From: the human T2T-CHM13v2.0 reference genome, Homo sapiens
DNA: 64,000 nt
Strand: one strand, 5' to 3'
Assembly: GCF_009914755.1 (NCBI RefSeq)
Contig: NC_060947.1
Positions 29,514 through 44,462 of this stretch are shown here, piece after piece. The notes under the pieces are model-generated. The model did not search any database. It worked only from the letters and a program-made list of their open reading frames with translations, and had not been told where the DNA came from. The translations under genes were made by a program, and so were the position numbers. Positions within the stretch are counted from its first letter, which is position 1, and each line of letters begins with the position of its first letter.

Positions 29514-30672
29514 GATGATCTACTTGAATTTCTTAATAAATTCCTTTGAACACTGCCGGAATTGGAACACTAGGATGTAGAATTCTGTTGAAGACAGAAA
29601 TTGGAATTGCAGCATAGAGGCTAGCTAAAAGATGACAATTTACCCATAGGAGAAGTATCCGTTGGAAAGCCTGACTTCCCAGTGGGGGTCTCTTTAGGCC
29701 TAGATGGACTATTCTTCAGGTCACCCTGTTTCTCACAAAGTGCTATGGGCAGCCTTGAGTGCCCCAGCCTCCTGAGCTGCACCTGCAAAGATTGCAGTTT
29801 TCTTGCTCCTCTCAACCAGGTGAAATCCCACATTCACTTCCCCTCTTGAGCCTCATATGCTTTCTTTTCTTTTTTTTTCCTTAAACTTTTCAGTCTCTTG
29901 TCATCTCTTTTCTTCTGTCTTTTCTTTAGGCCTGGTGGTAACATCTGTAGGCCCTCTTGTTTCCTAACATGCCACCCAGAAGAACTAGGCTGCCCCTTTT
30001 AAGGTACTTCATAGTTTCCTATTGTCCTTTCACGTGTGTAACACGAGTTCTCACAGTACTCCTGTGAGGCAGCAGTGGATTGTGCTCATTATATTGATGA
30101 AGAAATTAAAGTTACTAAAGTTCCTTGACATTTGCAGATTTAACGCTTGTCGCTTGAACTCTTTGCAAGTGATACTGAAGGTAGGTAACATGTTAGTGTG
30201 TGTTATTTTGCTGATGCCAGATTTAAATTGAACTGAAAGAATATCCAGTCACTTAACTAATGAGCAAGCCAAGCCTACTGCTCCTCACCCACACTGCCAC
30301 GGGGTCCTGTTCTGTGTTCCCCATCAGCTAAGTAGTTACACTCATGAAGTGCTAATAGTTATATTACTTTGTGGAAAATGGTCTCCAAAACAAAGACAAC
30401 AGCTAGTACTGAAAAGGGTCTTAAAAGGTAGTATTTTTTAAGCCAGAAAATAAGAGTTTTATAGAAGAAATTATATGCTTTAGTGTATATGGGAATGTGG
30501 AGATTTTGGAAAGTCTCAAGATGGGTCCCATTTCAGTGTTAAGGATTTCCGCTATATTTCCTGAACTGTTAAAGTGAAAGCAGGAAAGTTTCATCATGAA
30601 AGTAGCAAAGAGCCCCTGTGGTCCTCTCTAAGCTAGTTGACATCCTTAGAATTTACTTGGTTAAATCCTTAA

Positions 30673-31061
<389 letters not shown>

Positions 31062-31849
31062 TGGTTGTGTTATTCCATCGAAAAACTGTTGCTGAATTTT
31101 GAGGGCAAGCTTTTTCTGTTTTTAATAAGTAATAACAGGTAAAGCACACACAAAACAGTTCGCATCTATTCATTCTTCTTAAAATTATATTTTTTATATT
31201 TGTGCAATTTTCTTTAGAAAAATAGATTTTAAGATGGGTAACTGTAAACTGCATTTTTAATTTCATTTTCTTACAAATAAAAAAATGATCTGAGGGTTTT
31301 TAAAAATTGTTTCTTTGATTAAGGGAATTTTTATGGTAGGAAGCTCTGACTTGACAGTTCAGAACATAGCTGTCTGTTTATTATAAAGAAGTGATTGTAG
31401 AAATACGTAAAGAATTTTGGTAAGAAAAAAGTGGTTTATATAATCTTGAGCCTCTGGGGGTTGTTATTGTTAGATATTACATAGGTTTAATCTTTAATGA
31501 CATATATAATGATAAAATACAAAACTAGATAACTTATGATTCTAATTTGTGGTGTATATGCAAGGTAGAAAAATTAGTAAGGAACACTAGAATTTGTTAT
31601 AGTTATCTCTAGGTGGATTATAGCTTTTCTTTTTCTTTATAATTTTATATATTTTCTACATTATGTACTCTGAGCATGTACTGCTCTCATAACATGAAAA
31701 AAATTATAAGCACTAAAATGTTATAGAGAATGTTACTCAACTTGAAGTAATTACCCAAATAATTTCACAATTGAGGGAAAAAATAACATAGAAATGAACC
31801 CAAACCAGCTTTTTTTCTCCGTGTATTTTTTTCCAAGTCAAACCTAAGG

Positions 31850-32014
31850 CCTTGTTACTCCAAGTGTGATCAGTAACCCAGCAGCATAGGCATCACGTGG
31901 AAGCTTGTTAGAAATGCACAATATCAGACCCACCCCTGACCTACTGCATCAGCATCTGCATTTTAACAAGATCCTCAGGTGATTCCTCCGCGTGTTAAAG
32001 TTTCAGAAGCACTG
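31850..32014. mobile_element. MER5A-family hAT element
   Basis: gcagcataggcatcacgtggaagcttgttagaaatgca...ctgcattttaacaagatcctcaggtgattc. Confidence 0.85.
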
Positions 32015-32362
32015 ATCTAAGACACTCTCCCTTAATAACTAAAGCCTACTTCTATTTTATTCATTCATTGATTAGGGCCGTCCTTTTGGTAAAACTTTAA
32101 AACAACAACTATGCAGGCTACAGAAGGACTACCCAAGTTTTAAGGTAGAATTCATATCACAACCTGGCCTTTTGAAATATGTTTTTATTAAGCTAAAAAT
32201 GCAGTGGTCTGACAAGGGCTAAGAGAGGGGAAAAAAGCCAAAAAGCATGAGTTCTTCCACTTTGTTTCTTCGTAACTAGAAGGAACAAGGGAGAAGTAAA
32301 TTAGGATTTTCAAAATAGCTTTCAGCTTTTTAAGATTAGTGGCTTATAAAAGAAAGAACTAA

Positions 32363-32672
<310 letters not shown>

Positions 32673-35600
32673 CTACACCCACTTCGTGTAAGGGCCACTC
32701 TCTATGTGCCCAGAGTAAAGTTTCACCCTATCACTACATTCTGGACCTCATTACAACATTGATTTAGTAGTATTTTATAAAGATTTCAAGGCATTCAACT
32801 AGATTCTTTTAATGGAAACAAGATTCTATTTCTTAAATTTTGCTACTGAAAAGTTTATTTTGAAATTTTCTTTTTCCTACTGTCACTGACTTTTCTGTGA
32901 TGTTTTTATACTCACTACAAGAACGAGAAAGTTGGTATTGTCTGATGGCAGCATGCAGCCTGCTAACACTGGTTTATTTTTCTCTATGGATACTGCCTGT
33001 TTTGTTTTTGTTTTAACTTGAGATAACTTTACAATGTGACAGAAGAGAAACTACATTTTCCAAGAAATGGTCACTTTAGTTGCTTTCCCCATAAGTAGAA
33101 GTGTCTTGGCTCTGTACATTTTCTGCCATCTTCTTCAAGATAGCTAAGTTAGTATATGAAAGTTGCCATATTTTGGAGCAGCCAGCTTCCAGATTCTAAT
33201 TATGTGTCTTTAAGCCCATTTCTGTAAATATGCACTCAACGTTTGCACTTTTATGTACAAAGAGACTTAGAGGCTTTCTATGATAACAGATGTGTTACTC
33301 GTTCTATAAAATCATTTCGCATTATGTCTTTTTAGTGGGCAAGTTCCTTTCCCCTTTTATAGTGACAGGTACAGCAACACAAGGGCTCTGCCATGTCTAG
33401 GTGATAATGTGGTTGATGGTCTGCATTTGCAAAGCATATTGTCATTTTTTAGTAGGAAAAATACTAAAGATTGATAAGTTTTTTTATGTACTTCTTAAAA
33501 ATATGCTTCTATCACCAATGATGAAAAAAATGAAACAATTCGCAAGCAGTTAAGCCATAATGTGAGCTAATCACTTTATTTTGAAGAAAAGTATTTTTAA
33601 ACAGTTGAGCTAGTGAATTTACTTTTAAAATGTATTGTGCTTACACAGTAGATGGTTTTATTTCCATGATGTTTTTTACTACATAATTATACATCTTAAT
33701 TACGTAATTACTATCATAATTATTATGTAATTGCATGTACTTCCACTAATTACAAAATCAGGAAGTGTAATTATCTAGTAAAAACTTTATGAAATTTCAT
33801 GCACTAAAAGTTAGTTAAAAGGCTATTCCAGTGGTCTAGTGGAAGGCTTTCCATGGTTAGTCTTCTTAGTCATAACTTTAGTTTAGAGCTGGAACTCATA
33901 GGCCAGGACAAGGATAAGTGCCAACAGACCAACACTAAACTGAGTATTGTGGTATGGGTAAGATAGACTTTGTCCCTTGTGATTTAAAAAGTCAGAGAGC
34001 ATTTTAATTTTTTTGTGACTATGGAGTGTGGTAAGAATAATATCTAAATGTTTGAGGTAGGTACCACAAAAACTGTCAATGGAAAGGGCAGTTCTTTCTT
34101 AGGAAGGAATTGATTAATAGAATCAACAAGGCATTTAGGTTACACAACAGCAAGGTCTTCTATAATTCTGTAATGTGAATGGCTTATTTAATAGCTATCT
34201 CTGCCTTTAAAAGCAATAATGATATTCAGTTTTCTGTTTCTTCAGTTTGGAGAAGGTGTTTTTCCAGTTTGTGTTTATATTTACTAAGATATGAGCAAAC
34301 GTATCAAGAGAGCATACTCCTTTCTACTACTTGATGTCAAAAGCAGCTTTTGAGACATAAACATAAGCGCACAAACATGTAACATCAGACCCTAAATAAA
34401 GACAAAAGGTTTAATTCAATAAAGCTATGATGCCTTTACCATTCAAAACGACATAAAAATTGCACAGTGAAACAATAGTCATGACAGCAAATTAGATATG
34501 ACATCTAAATTACACTACAAAGAGAAATCCCAGAACCGTTTTTGGTCTGTAGGAGCCTATTTTAGCCCAGGTTTAGAACCCAATCTAGAGGCTCTGCTTT
34601 ATTGTCTAAGTAGGGTAATGTTGTAGAAGACTAATTGGACGTTGGTTGAATTAATTGCACATCAATTAGGAGGAAAGGGCTTGTAATACTCATGGCAGAG
34701 AAGTGAGTAGATCCTTTAAGTATCATGATGGAATGTACTATGAGTTTCAGGAATTAATATTATCAGTATTTGGGTAATATCTGTATAATCTATTACAACA
34801 TGACCTAAATCAAGCACTTGGGGTTAGATACAGGTATACTAATTTCCTCCCCAAAATTAGTGCTTCTCACTAGAAATGTATTGAAACAGCCACTTAAAAT
34901 GTATGAGTTATTTCTTTTAAAAATGTAGCCTTAAACATTAAAAGGTTCAGCTCAGGAGATCAGATATTCGTTTTTTTCTTAAAACTTTCTAACGAAACAC
35001 TCATTGTGGTATTACCAGTTATTGAATTTGTGACTTTTTTATACTAGCTGAAATTTCCAATAAGTGTGAATTTTTTTAAAAAGTCAGTGAACGGTGTGAA
35101 AATGCCAGTCCCATTTGCTTCAGGCAAATTATAGGATTTATATTTATCCAGAATTGTTTCATGGTCTCAGAGATGTTTGGGATTTAAACAGATTTAGTCT
35201 GACTCTGCTATTTTTCTCTAGTAGTTAGGGGTTATTTTAAAATTGCATATTTTTTTCCTCTTGGGAATCTTTTCTCATTTACTTAGCCCAGAATTTAATG
35301 TCTTAATCATTTCTTATTTGCCTTAACTCTATTGTGATAACATTTCTTCTCATGGTTTCAGAAGTGTTTATGCTCCCTCTATGAGACAGCACTGCCTCTC
35401 ACGTTTCCTCTTAATCTTTTGTTTTTGTTTTGGTGGTTGGTATTTTTTATTTTTATTTTTTTTTACTAGTGCTTGTACCATGCCAGAATAGCCCTTAATG
35501 GTTAAAAGCAAAGTGTTCACTTAATCCTCATCTTTTCAATTATAATACAAATTTCATTTTGAAGCTGACATTTAAACTGACATTGTTGTGTTTTGTTTTG

Positions 35601-36933
35601 CTTTGCTTTCTTGCTTTGCATGTGAATTGGCATATGTCATTATCCTATAATTCTTGATAAATTTTTCATAATTATCTAAGGGAATCAACCGTAACTTTTG
35701 AAGTCTAATTATGTCCTTGTGATGTCTCCAGTAACCCTGTAGGCCCAGGCCAAGAACTGATGTTGATTTTCACATTATTAATCAGTGCCATTTATTATTT
35801 TATGCTGTACTATCTGGTTCATATAATGCTACCCTTCATATACAAAGAAAACCCATCATCAATTTGACTCATTCTTAAACTAGTTCTTCCTGTAGTTGTC
35901 ATGAATTTATTTAGATCCATCTGCATTCTCTTACCTTGTGGCTAACAGGACAGTAACTAGACAGACTTAGTAGCCCATCATTGAGTTAAATCAACACTGA
36001 TTACATTCTCCCTGTATAAAGGCCCTGGGAAACCCTTCTCTCCTTGGCCTGTGAGCCCTGCAAGCCCTAGCACCATCCCCTAGAGCTTAAGGCTTAAACT
36101 AGTTCGTAGAAAGATAGATTTGCTGGCTAATTTTAGACACTGATGTGCTTTTCTTGTTCTAAGAAATTATTGTAATTTCAAATAGGGTCAAAAAAGCAGG
36201 TCTGTGTGTAAGTCTGTTACTCTCTGTCCCCTCTTCGTGCCCTGAACCCTTGCCCAGTTTATTCAGCAAATATGTATTGGGTCTCTGTCCTATATGATAT
36301 TGCTTCTAGAAGTACCAATACTTCTGACCAATTGCTTATTCATGCATTCACCTCTAAATACCTCCTTTTTATAGGACTCTACTTTTGTGGAGAACATTCA
36401 CAGCCATTATCTTTTACATTTTCCAGACAATTCCATTGTATACGGATATGTAGTTGACACTTCTGAGATGAGAAACAACCCCAAAAGGATGAAATGACTC
36501 TCCCAAAGTAGCAAAGCTTAGAAGTGTTAAGAGCCCGGCTTTTCTTTCTGCCATATCTCAGCTGCCCTGTTCTTAATCTATTAGGGAAACTTCAGCCTGA
36601 AGACAAGTAACTCAAATACAAGGGAATGGTATGAATTGCTGAGGGATCTCAGCATATACCTCAGGGAAGGTTTCCTGGTGGAGATTTCCTGAGTTGGGCC
36701 TTAAAGAGTATGTGAGATTTTAATAGGCACAGATGCAGACATGTAGTTTGAGACGAAGTTTTGCCTTTCTCACTTTTCTTTAAGTGCCCTATTTATCTTG
36801 CTTTTATAAAGGGAGAACTTCCTTTGACAAATGCATCATGATTTGAAAGCATATCTGAATTGAAAATTTCGTCTAAAAGTGCTTATTAAGAAGCAAAGCT
36901 TTAAACTCAGGACTATAAGCTTGAAGGGCATTA

Positions 36934-37231
<298 letters not shown>

Positions 37232-39207
37232 TGAAGAGTATTCTCTCTTCACTCTCCACTCTCCACTCTCCACTGTAACCAGTGGTGGTGCTTTGAAAGA
37301 AATTGATCCATCCTACAGGATACATCTGTCAAAAGTGTATCAAAATGTTTTTCTATCTTAAATAATTTAACTCAGAATATAATAATGTAAGTATTTTGAC
37401 ATGAAAATTTACATACTGTGATATATCCACTTATCTTAAAACAGACGTCTTTAACTATAAAGAAAAGGAGTGTGGTAAGACAAAACAAAATAGAAATTGG
37501 AATTAAATGGGATGACTGACAGACCAAACTAGTTTTATTTAGACAATAAAAATTAAAGTCCTGTTAGCATTATGACGAAAAAAATGTAAAAATGTTTTAC
37601 TTAAAGCATGGCTGATTTTTTGTTGTGTTTTGTTTTTTCACTAACACCATGGTGAAAGTTTAAACATGTAAGACCTGTTTATGAAGTAAATGTTTACTGC
37701 TGAACTAATTCTTCAAGTTTACTGGTATATTATATATTGCCTTACCAAAAAAAGTCGATGCTGAAAAGTCAGTAAAATCCACAGTAAAAGAAAGCGTCTG
37801 AACAGTAGTCTGTCTTGGGAAATTATTCAACAGAGTGCACTCTGGTCTCTGTTAGTGAAGGCTTTATCACTTTTAACAAATAAGCCGCAGTAAATTTATC
37901 AGTATGCTACAAAGAAATTTTCAAAATAATTAAGACTAAACTACACTTGTCAAAATAAATGAATGAAATACAATTTTGAATCATCTTTCTTCACTTATTG
38001 CTCATTTGCATAATTCAGTAACTTACACAGGAGTCTTTCAGTCATTGGTGTGAATTAGCAAGGTTCTGCTATTCCTTGTTGTACGGCAGGAATTACCCTA
38101 CCATGTAATTAGCTATTCCAGACATGGACTAACGGGAAATACCAAAGGGCACAGCAAAATCTAAAGAGGCAAGGCAGGGAATCTAAAGACAAGAGACAAT
38201 CAAAGACACCCAACAAACTCAAGCTGGTAGACCACAGGGAATTTTGAATGAAGCCTCTTAATTTATTTTGAGAATAAGAAATCAGTAGTATGAGAGAAAT
38301 CTCAACAAGATTAGCTGACTAAGCCTACTTAAAAAAAATATCTCTATAGTGCATGGTGCGCCAGGTTAACCACTCCTGTTTGTTAGTCTGTATACAGCTC
38401 AACAAATAAGCGGCAAAGCTTTTCATGGGTATATAGTGGCTTTCCATTGAGGTTTTCACTCTTTGAAGGAGGTCATTTATACCAATGAGATCTGTAGATG
38501 CAAATTGCTTTTCCTATATGTGAGGGGTCATTCCTTTCACAGCCAGCTTGCTCATCTCTTTTATAAAGGTTTTGTTATTTTTGTACTGCTCCCAAAGGAA
38601 TGATGAGAATTATGCCCCCCCACCCCCTGTCTAACTTAGCATCCAAATCTTTTCCCTCCAGCTCTGTGAAACTTTTGTGTGTTGATCTTTGGAAACAAAA
38701 CAAGCTGTTGGCAGCAGCCTTTAACTCTGAATCAGGAAACTTTTTTCCTTCTTTCAACCTGAAATATCATCTCTTTAGATTTGCCTTTCTCGCCTAATTC
38801 TAAGGAAATATCTTTTTCATTGCAGCAGAGTGTCACTGTAACATGCTACAGGCATGTGGGAATTCCTGGAAGCAGTGTCCTCAAAATGCCATTTTTAGTT
38901 TGGCTCAAATGATGTAAGCTCTCACGAACTAGAGGAATAGAAATGAAGGGATCGATTTAAGGGTTAGCTATGAAAACCTAGCTTCTGATCTCATTACTGA
39001 AGTAAAGGGAAAGATAATATTTGTCTTTGCCTAGGCTCTAAGGAATCATACAAACATTCAACGGTTCTAGTTTGTTGTGTTCAGGAGTTTTAGGAAGGAG
39101 GAGCTTCAGGCATACCATGTGAATGCTCTGTAAAATGTTTGTTGTTTTGTTCCTTCCTTCTGCTAGCATTTGTTGAACACCAAGGGCATTGGCCTGGGTT
39201 TCTCAAA

Positions 39208-39485
39208 AGCAATATAGGGTAGTGATTAAAAACTCAGTCTCTGGAGTGAGAGTGCCAGGTGCAAATTTTGACTTTCCACCCCTTACTAGATAAGTAACCT
39301 TGAAGTACATCTATAAAACAGGAAAAAAATAGCACCTACCTCAAAGGGTTCTAAATTCAGCAGGATGACATGGAAATAGGCTAATATGTAAAACGTCTGG
39401 GACATTAAACAGGCAATACGTAAAATGCTTAGGACAGTGCCTGGCACATAGTAAGCATGCAGTAAATGTCAGTTGGTTTTATTAC
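39208..39485 (+). mobile_element. MIR
   Basis: gtagtgattaaaaac...tctctggagt...gtaaaatgcttaggacagtgcctggcacatagtaagc. Confidence 0.8.
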
Positions 39486-39781
39486 TTCTGAGAATACTTT
39501 GTCTAAACGACTATCTATTATAGTACTTAGTGTTACAACTGTATTTGAGTTGGTTTCTGCAGCCTGTCATTGACCATGTTTTGTTCAGATTTGTATCCTC
39601 AGCATCTAGCACAACACCAAACATGTAGCAAATGCTCGATTCATTTTTACCAAATGGTTACAGTATGAAAAAAGCATGGTCCCTGTTCTCAAGGAGCTTA
39701 AAATATATCTTGATAACTGTGTTTTAGTTTTCTTATCTATTGAAATAGCATCATGTCAGAAGTGTATTAAAAAGAAAACTT

Positions 39782-39940
39782 TAGTTCTCAGTCTTCCATA
39801 CTTAATGGAAGAAGTTGAAACACGAATAATCTGCAAGCCAGATTTCTGATTGAGTAGGTCTGGGGTGGGACCCAGGCGGCAGTGTATTTAAAAATCTCCG
39901 CAGGTGATTCTGATGCACACCCACAGTGTTGGGAATCTCT
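39782..39940. mobile_element. MER5-family hAT element
   Basis: tttctgattgagtaggtctggggtgggacccagg...caggtgattctgatgcacac. Confidence 0.75.
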
Positions 39941-40575
39941 GAGTTAGTGAAACTCTTCAAACTTTAATATTGCTTCTTGTCAAATATGCATTAAGTTTGA
40001 CTTTGATATAGAAAGGGAGACTGGGTGGCATCTAGATAACAATTTAAACAGACAGTAGAAAGGAAAATGAAGTCAAACACAAGAATTATTTCCTAGATAA
40101 AGGAAGCATTTATGGTGCTGTATACGCTAATGTAGCATCAAAGATAAAGTGAAGAAAAATAGGCTAGGGAAAAGTAAGCAAGAAGGAACTGTTTTCTGGT
40201 AATGAGCAAACTGAAGATGAAATAAATGCATTTCAACAAAATTGGCTATAAAGCACATTATTTTCCCCCATTAACTTGCGTCATGAATGAAGGAATAGGG
40301 CTGCTGGGGAGGATGGGGGATCTTTCAAGGAGACTGGATAGGTAACTGGGGAGATATTAAGGTGGAGGCTAACCCAAACGTGGTACTTAGGAGCTTCTGT
40401 GGTTTGGATTTCTGAGACCATTCCCACCTCCTGTCCTCTTCTACTTACCTTGACACTCAGCTGACTGGATCCTGGGTAGAGCAGCCTTCCGCAACTTTAT
40501 AATTTTGCACGTCCTCCAAGCGGTCTGGAACAGGATGGTAGTAGTAGAGGGTTTAGGAGGATATTCCTGTGTCCT

Positions 40576-40625
40576 GTGCTCATCTCTTGGGGTGCTCATC
40601 TCTTGGGGTGCTCATCTTACCTGGG
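40576..40625. repeat. 16-bp tandem repeat (GTGCTCATCTCTTGGG) x about 3
   Basis: Two exact units plus a diverged third unit (gtgctcatcttacctggg). Confidence 0.9.
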
Positions 40626-41475
40626 GTGTCCAGGCAGGAGAAATAGCTTGACTGGCTATAGCTGGAGTTATAAAATAGTCTCAGATCACCCCTTTTTGCC
40701 TAGAAGGATTAGGACTGCACCTTGTTGGTACCCACAAATTAGACCCTTCTTCACCAGTCCCTGAGCAGGCCTTGACTCCACTATGGCCACATCCTTTGGC
40801 TGGTGTGGTTTCCCTGCCTGGGTTAGCCAACCTCAACCCAGTCTCTGTTCATATTCTATTCATACTTTAAGGCCTCCCAGCCATAAGTGATCTCTTTGTC
40901 CTCTAAACTCCTGTAGTTCTTAAGCACTGTCCCTCTTACATTATAATTATTTGAGGACAGGGATCATGCTTGATACATTATTTTATGTCTGATGGCAACT
41001 TGCTCATGATAGGAGCCTAATAAATGGTATGTTAAATTAATGTTTTCTGTAATAGAGCACTTTCTGACTCCATCCTCTTTTCTCTGCTATTTATTTCCTA
41101 TTATGTCCTTCAACTGTGTCATAAAAAATTTTCTATCCATGTATGTATACATTCATCAAACATTTAGCCCATACCATCTCCTCATTCCACATGGACTTAA
41201 TTTCCCACCTTAATCTGTCTACTTTCTGACAATTACTAATAGAGTTGGGCTGTGATATCATGTATCTCCAGAAGATTACATAAATTCCAGCCTAGAAATT
41301 TCTTTGTTTAAACCTTTAGGTTATATAAATCAAACTGATGCTCAGTCATATTAGTGGGATTAAGTTTGAAAGTCTAAAATCATACTTCAAATGAGGACTG
41401 TCTCAACCCAGGCACACTCCTTGCCCTCCAGAATTTATATACATTTGATAGCAGCTGGTTGTTTTCCCTGCAGAT

Positions 41476-41477
<2 letters not shown>

Positions 41478-41520
<43 letters not shown>

Positions 41521-41804
41521 AGACAGAGTCTCACTCTGTTGCCCAGGCTAGAGTGCATTGGCGCAATCACGGCTCACTGCAGCCTTGACTCCCCAGGTTC
41601 AGGTGACCCTCCCACTTAAGCCTCCCAAGTAGCTGTGACTACAGGCATGTGCCACCATGCCTGGCTAATTTTTTGTATTTTTTTTTTAGAGACAAGGTTT
41701 TGCCATGTTGCTCAAGTTGGTCTGCAACTCCTGAACTGAAGAGATCCGCCTGCCTTGGCCTCCCAAAGTGTTGGGATTACAGGCAGGAGCCACCGCATCC
41801 AGCC
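41478..41804 (-). mobile_element. AluJ with an uninterrupted T42 tail
   Basis: J-type right arm; TSD cctgcagatt at 41467-41476 and 41806-41815. Confidence 0.93.
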
Positions 41805-43407
41805 ACCTGCAGATTTTTCTAGTGATTCACAGTTTTAGCTCTCTGCTCCAGATGTGTTATTTGGTTGGCTAGCCTTTAATATATCTTGAAATGTCTGGAG
41901 GCCAACTCCAGAAAGCTCTCGTGAAGGTGGGAAGGTGAAGAACCGCTAAGAGACTTTCAGACTGGTTTTCTCTTATCACCCATGTGACTTTCAGTTGAGC
42001 AGCATGCAGGCACACGTATTAATGGCAATGTAGGTTTGTAAACAATACTACTAATAGGCTGGGGCTGGGGGAGAAAAATAGCCCACAAGAAATCTGGAGA
42101 TACCTGTCTTGAGTGTAACCTGCAAGATATACTCTAACAGAGTAATCATTGCACGATATCATTGTGGGAGACTGAGCGAGTTAGAAAATCTATTCCTGGT
42201 TTGTCGCTGACTCACTTTGTGGCATGGGCAAACCATTATTACTCTTTGATTTAGTTGTTTTATTTGTTCGAAAAAGGGAAAATAACATGTGTTTAAAAAG
42301 CACTCTGAAATTCCTCTGAAAGGAGGTCTATAAGTGCAAAGTACTATTGTTGTTTTTATTATTATTATTAGTGTTCTAGTATGGTTTAGTTTTATGCCAT
42401 GTAGGTCACAGATGTTTCAATTCTTCCGACTGATGAATTACAAAACACTTCCATCTCATTCTGTTTTATAGCGTTGATAACAGTTTAGCACATCTTTGTT
42501 TTAACCCCAGTTAAAGTATATGTCCAAAATAGACCTCATTAATAAAATACAATTACTAAATTAAATATATCTATGCTACTTTCTGTTTTTTTTTTTCCTC
42601 CTTAAAAAGGTGGTTACCAACAACTACTAAATAAGACCTTTAATTACTGCCAATCTTCTCTTGAAAGTAGCAGTGCTTATCTTGAGTAGTTTGAACTGTA
42701 AGTGGTATTCAGTACACAGTGGGGTTGTAATGCGATTATGAAGTGTAGCAAGTTAGTGATAAATAAGCGTGATAAACCATATATTTGTATTAGAAATAAT
42801 ATTTGAATTATCAACTGAATAAAAAGGCTGCAACTGCTGATTCCTTTGGGTGGGCATGTGATAAAAATAAAATACAGTTAAGTATACTTGGAATAAAAAA
42901 TTGTGTATGCTTCAATATAATAGAAACCTTTTAAATTGAATGTGTTTTTGAGTTTATAGCATTTAAATTACTGGGAGAATTAAAAGATTTGCTTTGCTTT
43001 CTGACATTAAGCTTTTCAAATTAGAATTTTAAAAAACATTTCTAACTCATTCATCAGTAGAAGACTTTGGCTTTTATATAAGATACTATAGTTCTCCCCC
43101 ATATTTTCAGTGATTTTCCAATGGAGTAGCAATAAAAAAACTTTAATTACAGTAAAACTTGCATATAAAATCATGCAAGAAGGAATAATATCATTTTCTT
43201 GCCTTTTTTTCCTTTTCAATATTTTAGTAATCATAGAAATAATTTCTTAATACTGGAGAATGGTAATTTATATAAAATAAGTAATACTGTGACTCTTATT
43301 TATATTTCACATGAAATGAGCAGTAAATTGTGTGCATTTATTTGTAAGTGTCCTAAGACATGGGACCACATGGGAAGAAGTATAGCTGCCATAGCGTCTT
43401 AGAAACC

Positions 43408-43732
43408 AGAGGTCGCATAGTAGCAGCCACAAACTGCGCATGACCTTTAAATGTGTTTAATTTGCCTGAAGAACACCTCAAATTTCTAAATGGTTGCTAA
43501 TATTTTTTAGTGTGGGGAGTTCCTATAAAGAGCCAAATTTCTGGCATTTTTAAATAAAATCAATATGTGGCTACAGTAGGTCAACATTCCTGAATGGCCA
43601 CAATTGACTGAAGCTGAGTAGCAGCTAAGCAGTTTGGACAGAATATGGGTTCTCCAGTTTGCCATAGCCTCACTGCAGCCCACTTCACTCATTTCTGTTA
43701 TTCATGTGGTTACTATAAGCATTTGTTTGCTA
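43408..43732 (+). mobile_element. MER102-like hAT-Charlie element
   Basis: cagaggtcgca start; acaattgactgaagctgagtagcagct and cccacttcactcattt motifs. Confidence 0.75.
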
Positions 43733-43897
43733 AAAAATATCTTGAGGCATGTTTTTTTTTTCCTCTTTTTTTAACCAGCCCCCTCCCTTCCCAATAAAAA
43801 AAGAAAAAGAAGCCATGAAACTTGGGGGTTTAAACAGTAAAAAAAAAAAAAAAAAATCCAGCAGACATAAGTGTGTTTATTAAAGTAAATCATATAA

Positions 43898-44265
<368 letters not shown>

Positions 44266-44462
44266 ACTGTATACTTTTCAAAGCACTTTCACGTGTCCTT
44301 TGTCCTCTTATCCTCACAGCATCTCTGGGAGTAGGATAACAATTACATATTCATTTTACCAATGAGAAAAGCAAGTTTTGGTGGACACCATTAATTTATC
44401 CAGATTTGCAACTGCTACGTGTTGGAGCTGAGCTATAACTCATCTTCAGATTGTTCATCTAG

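Noticed and set aside
40576-40625. Short direct repeats as a CRISPR-like array
   Set aside because: No spacers, only about 3 units, and a eukaryotic intron with no cas genes
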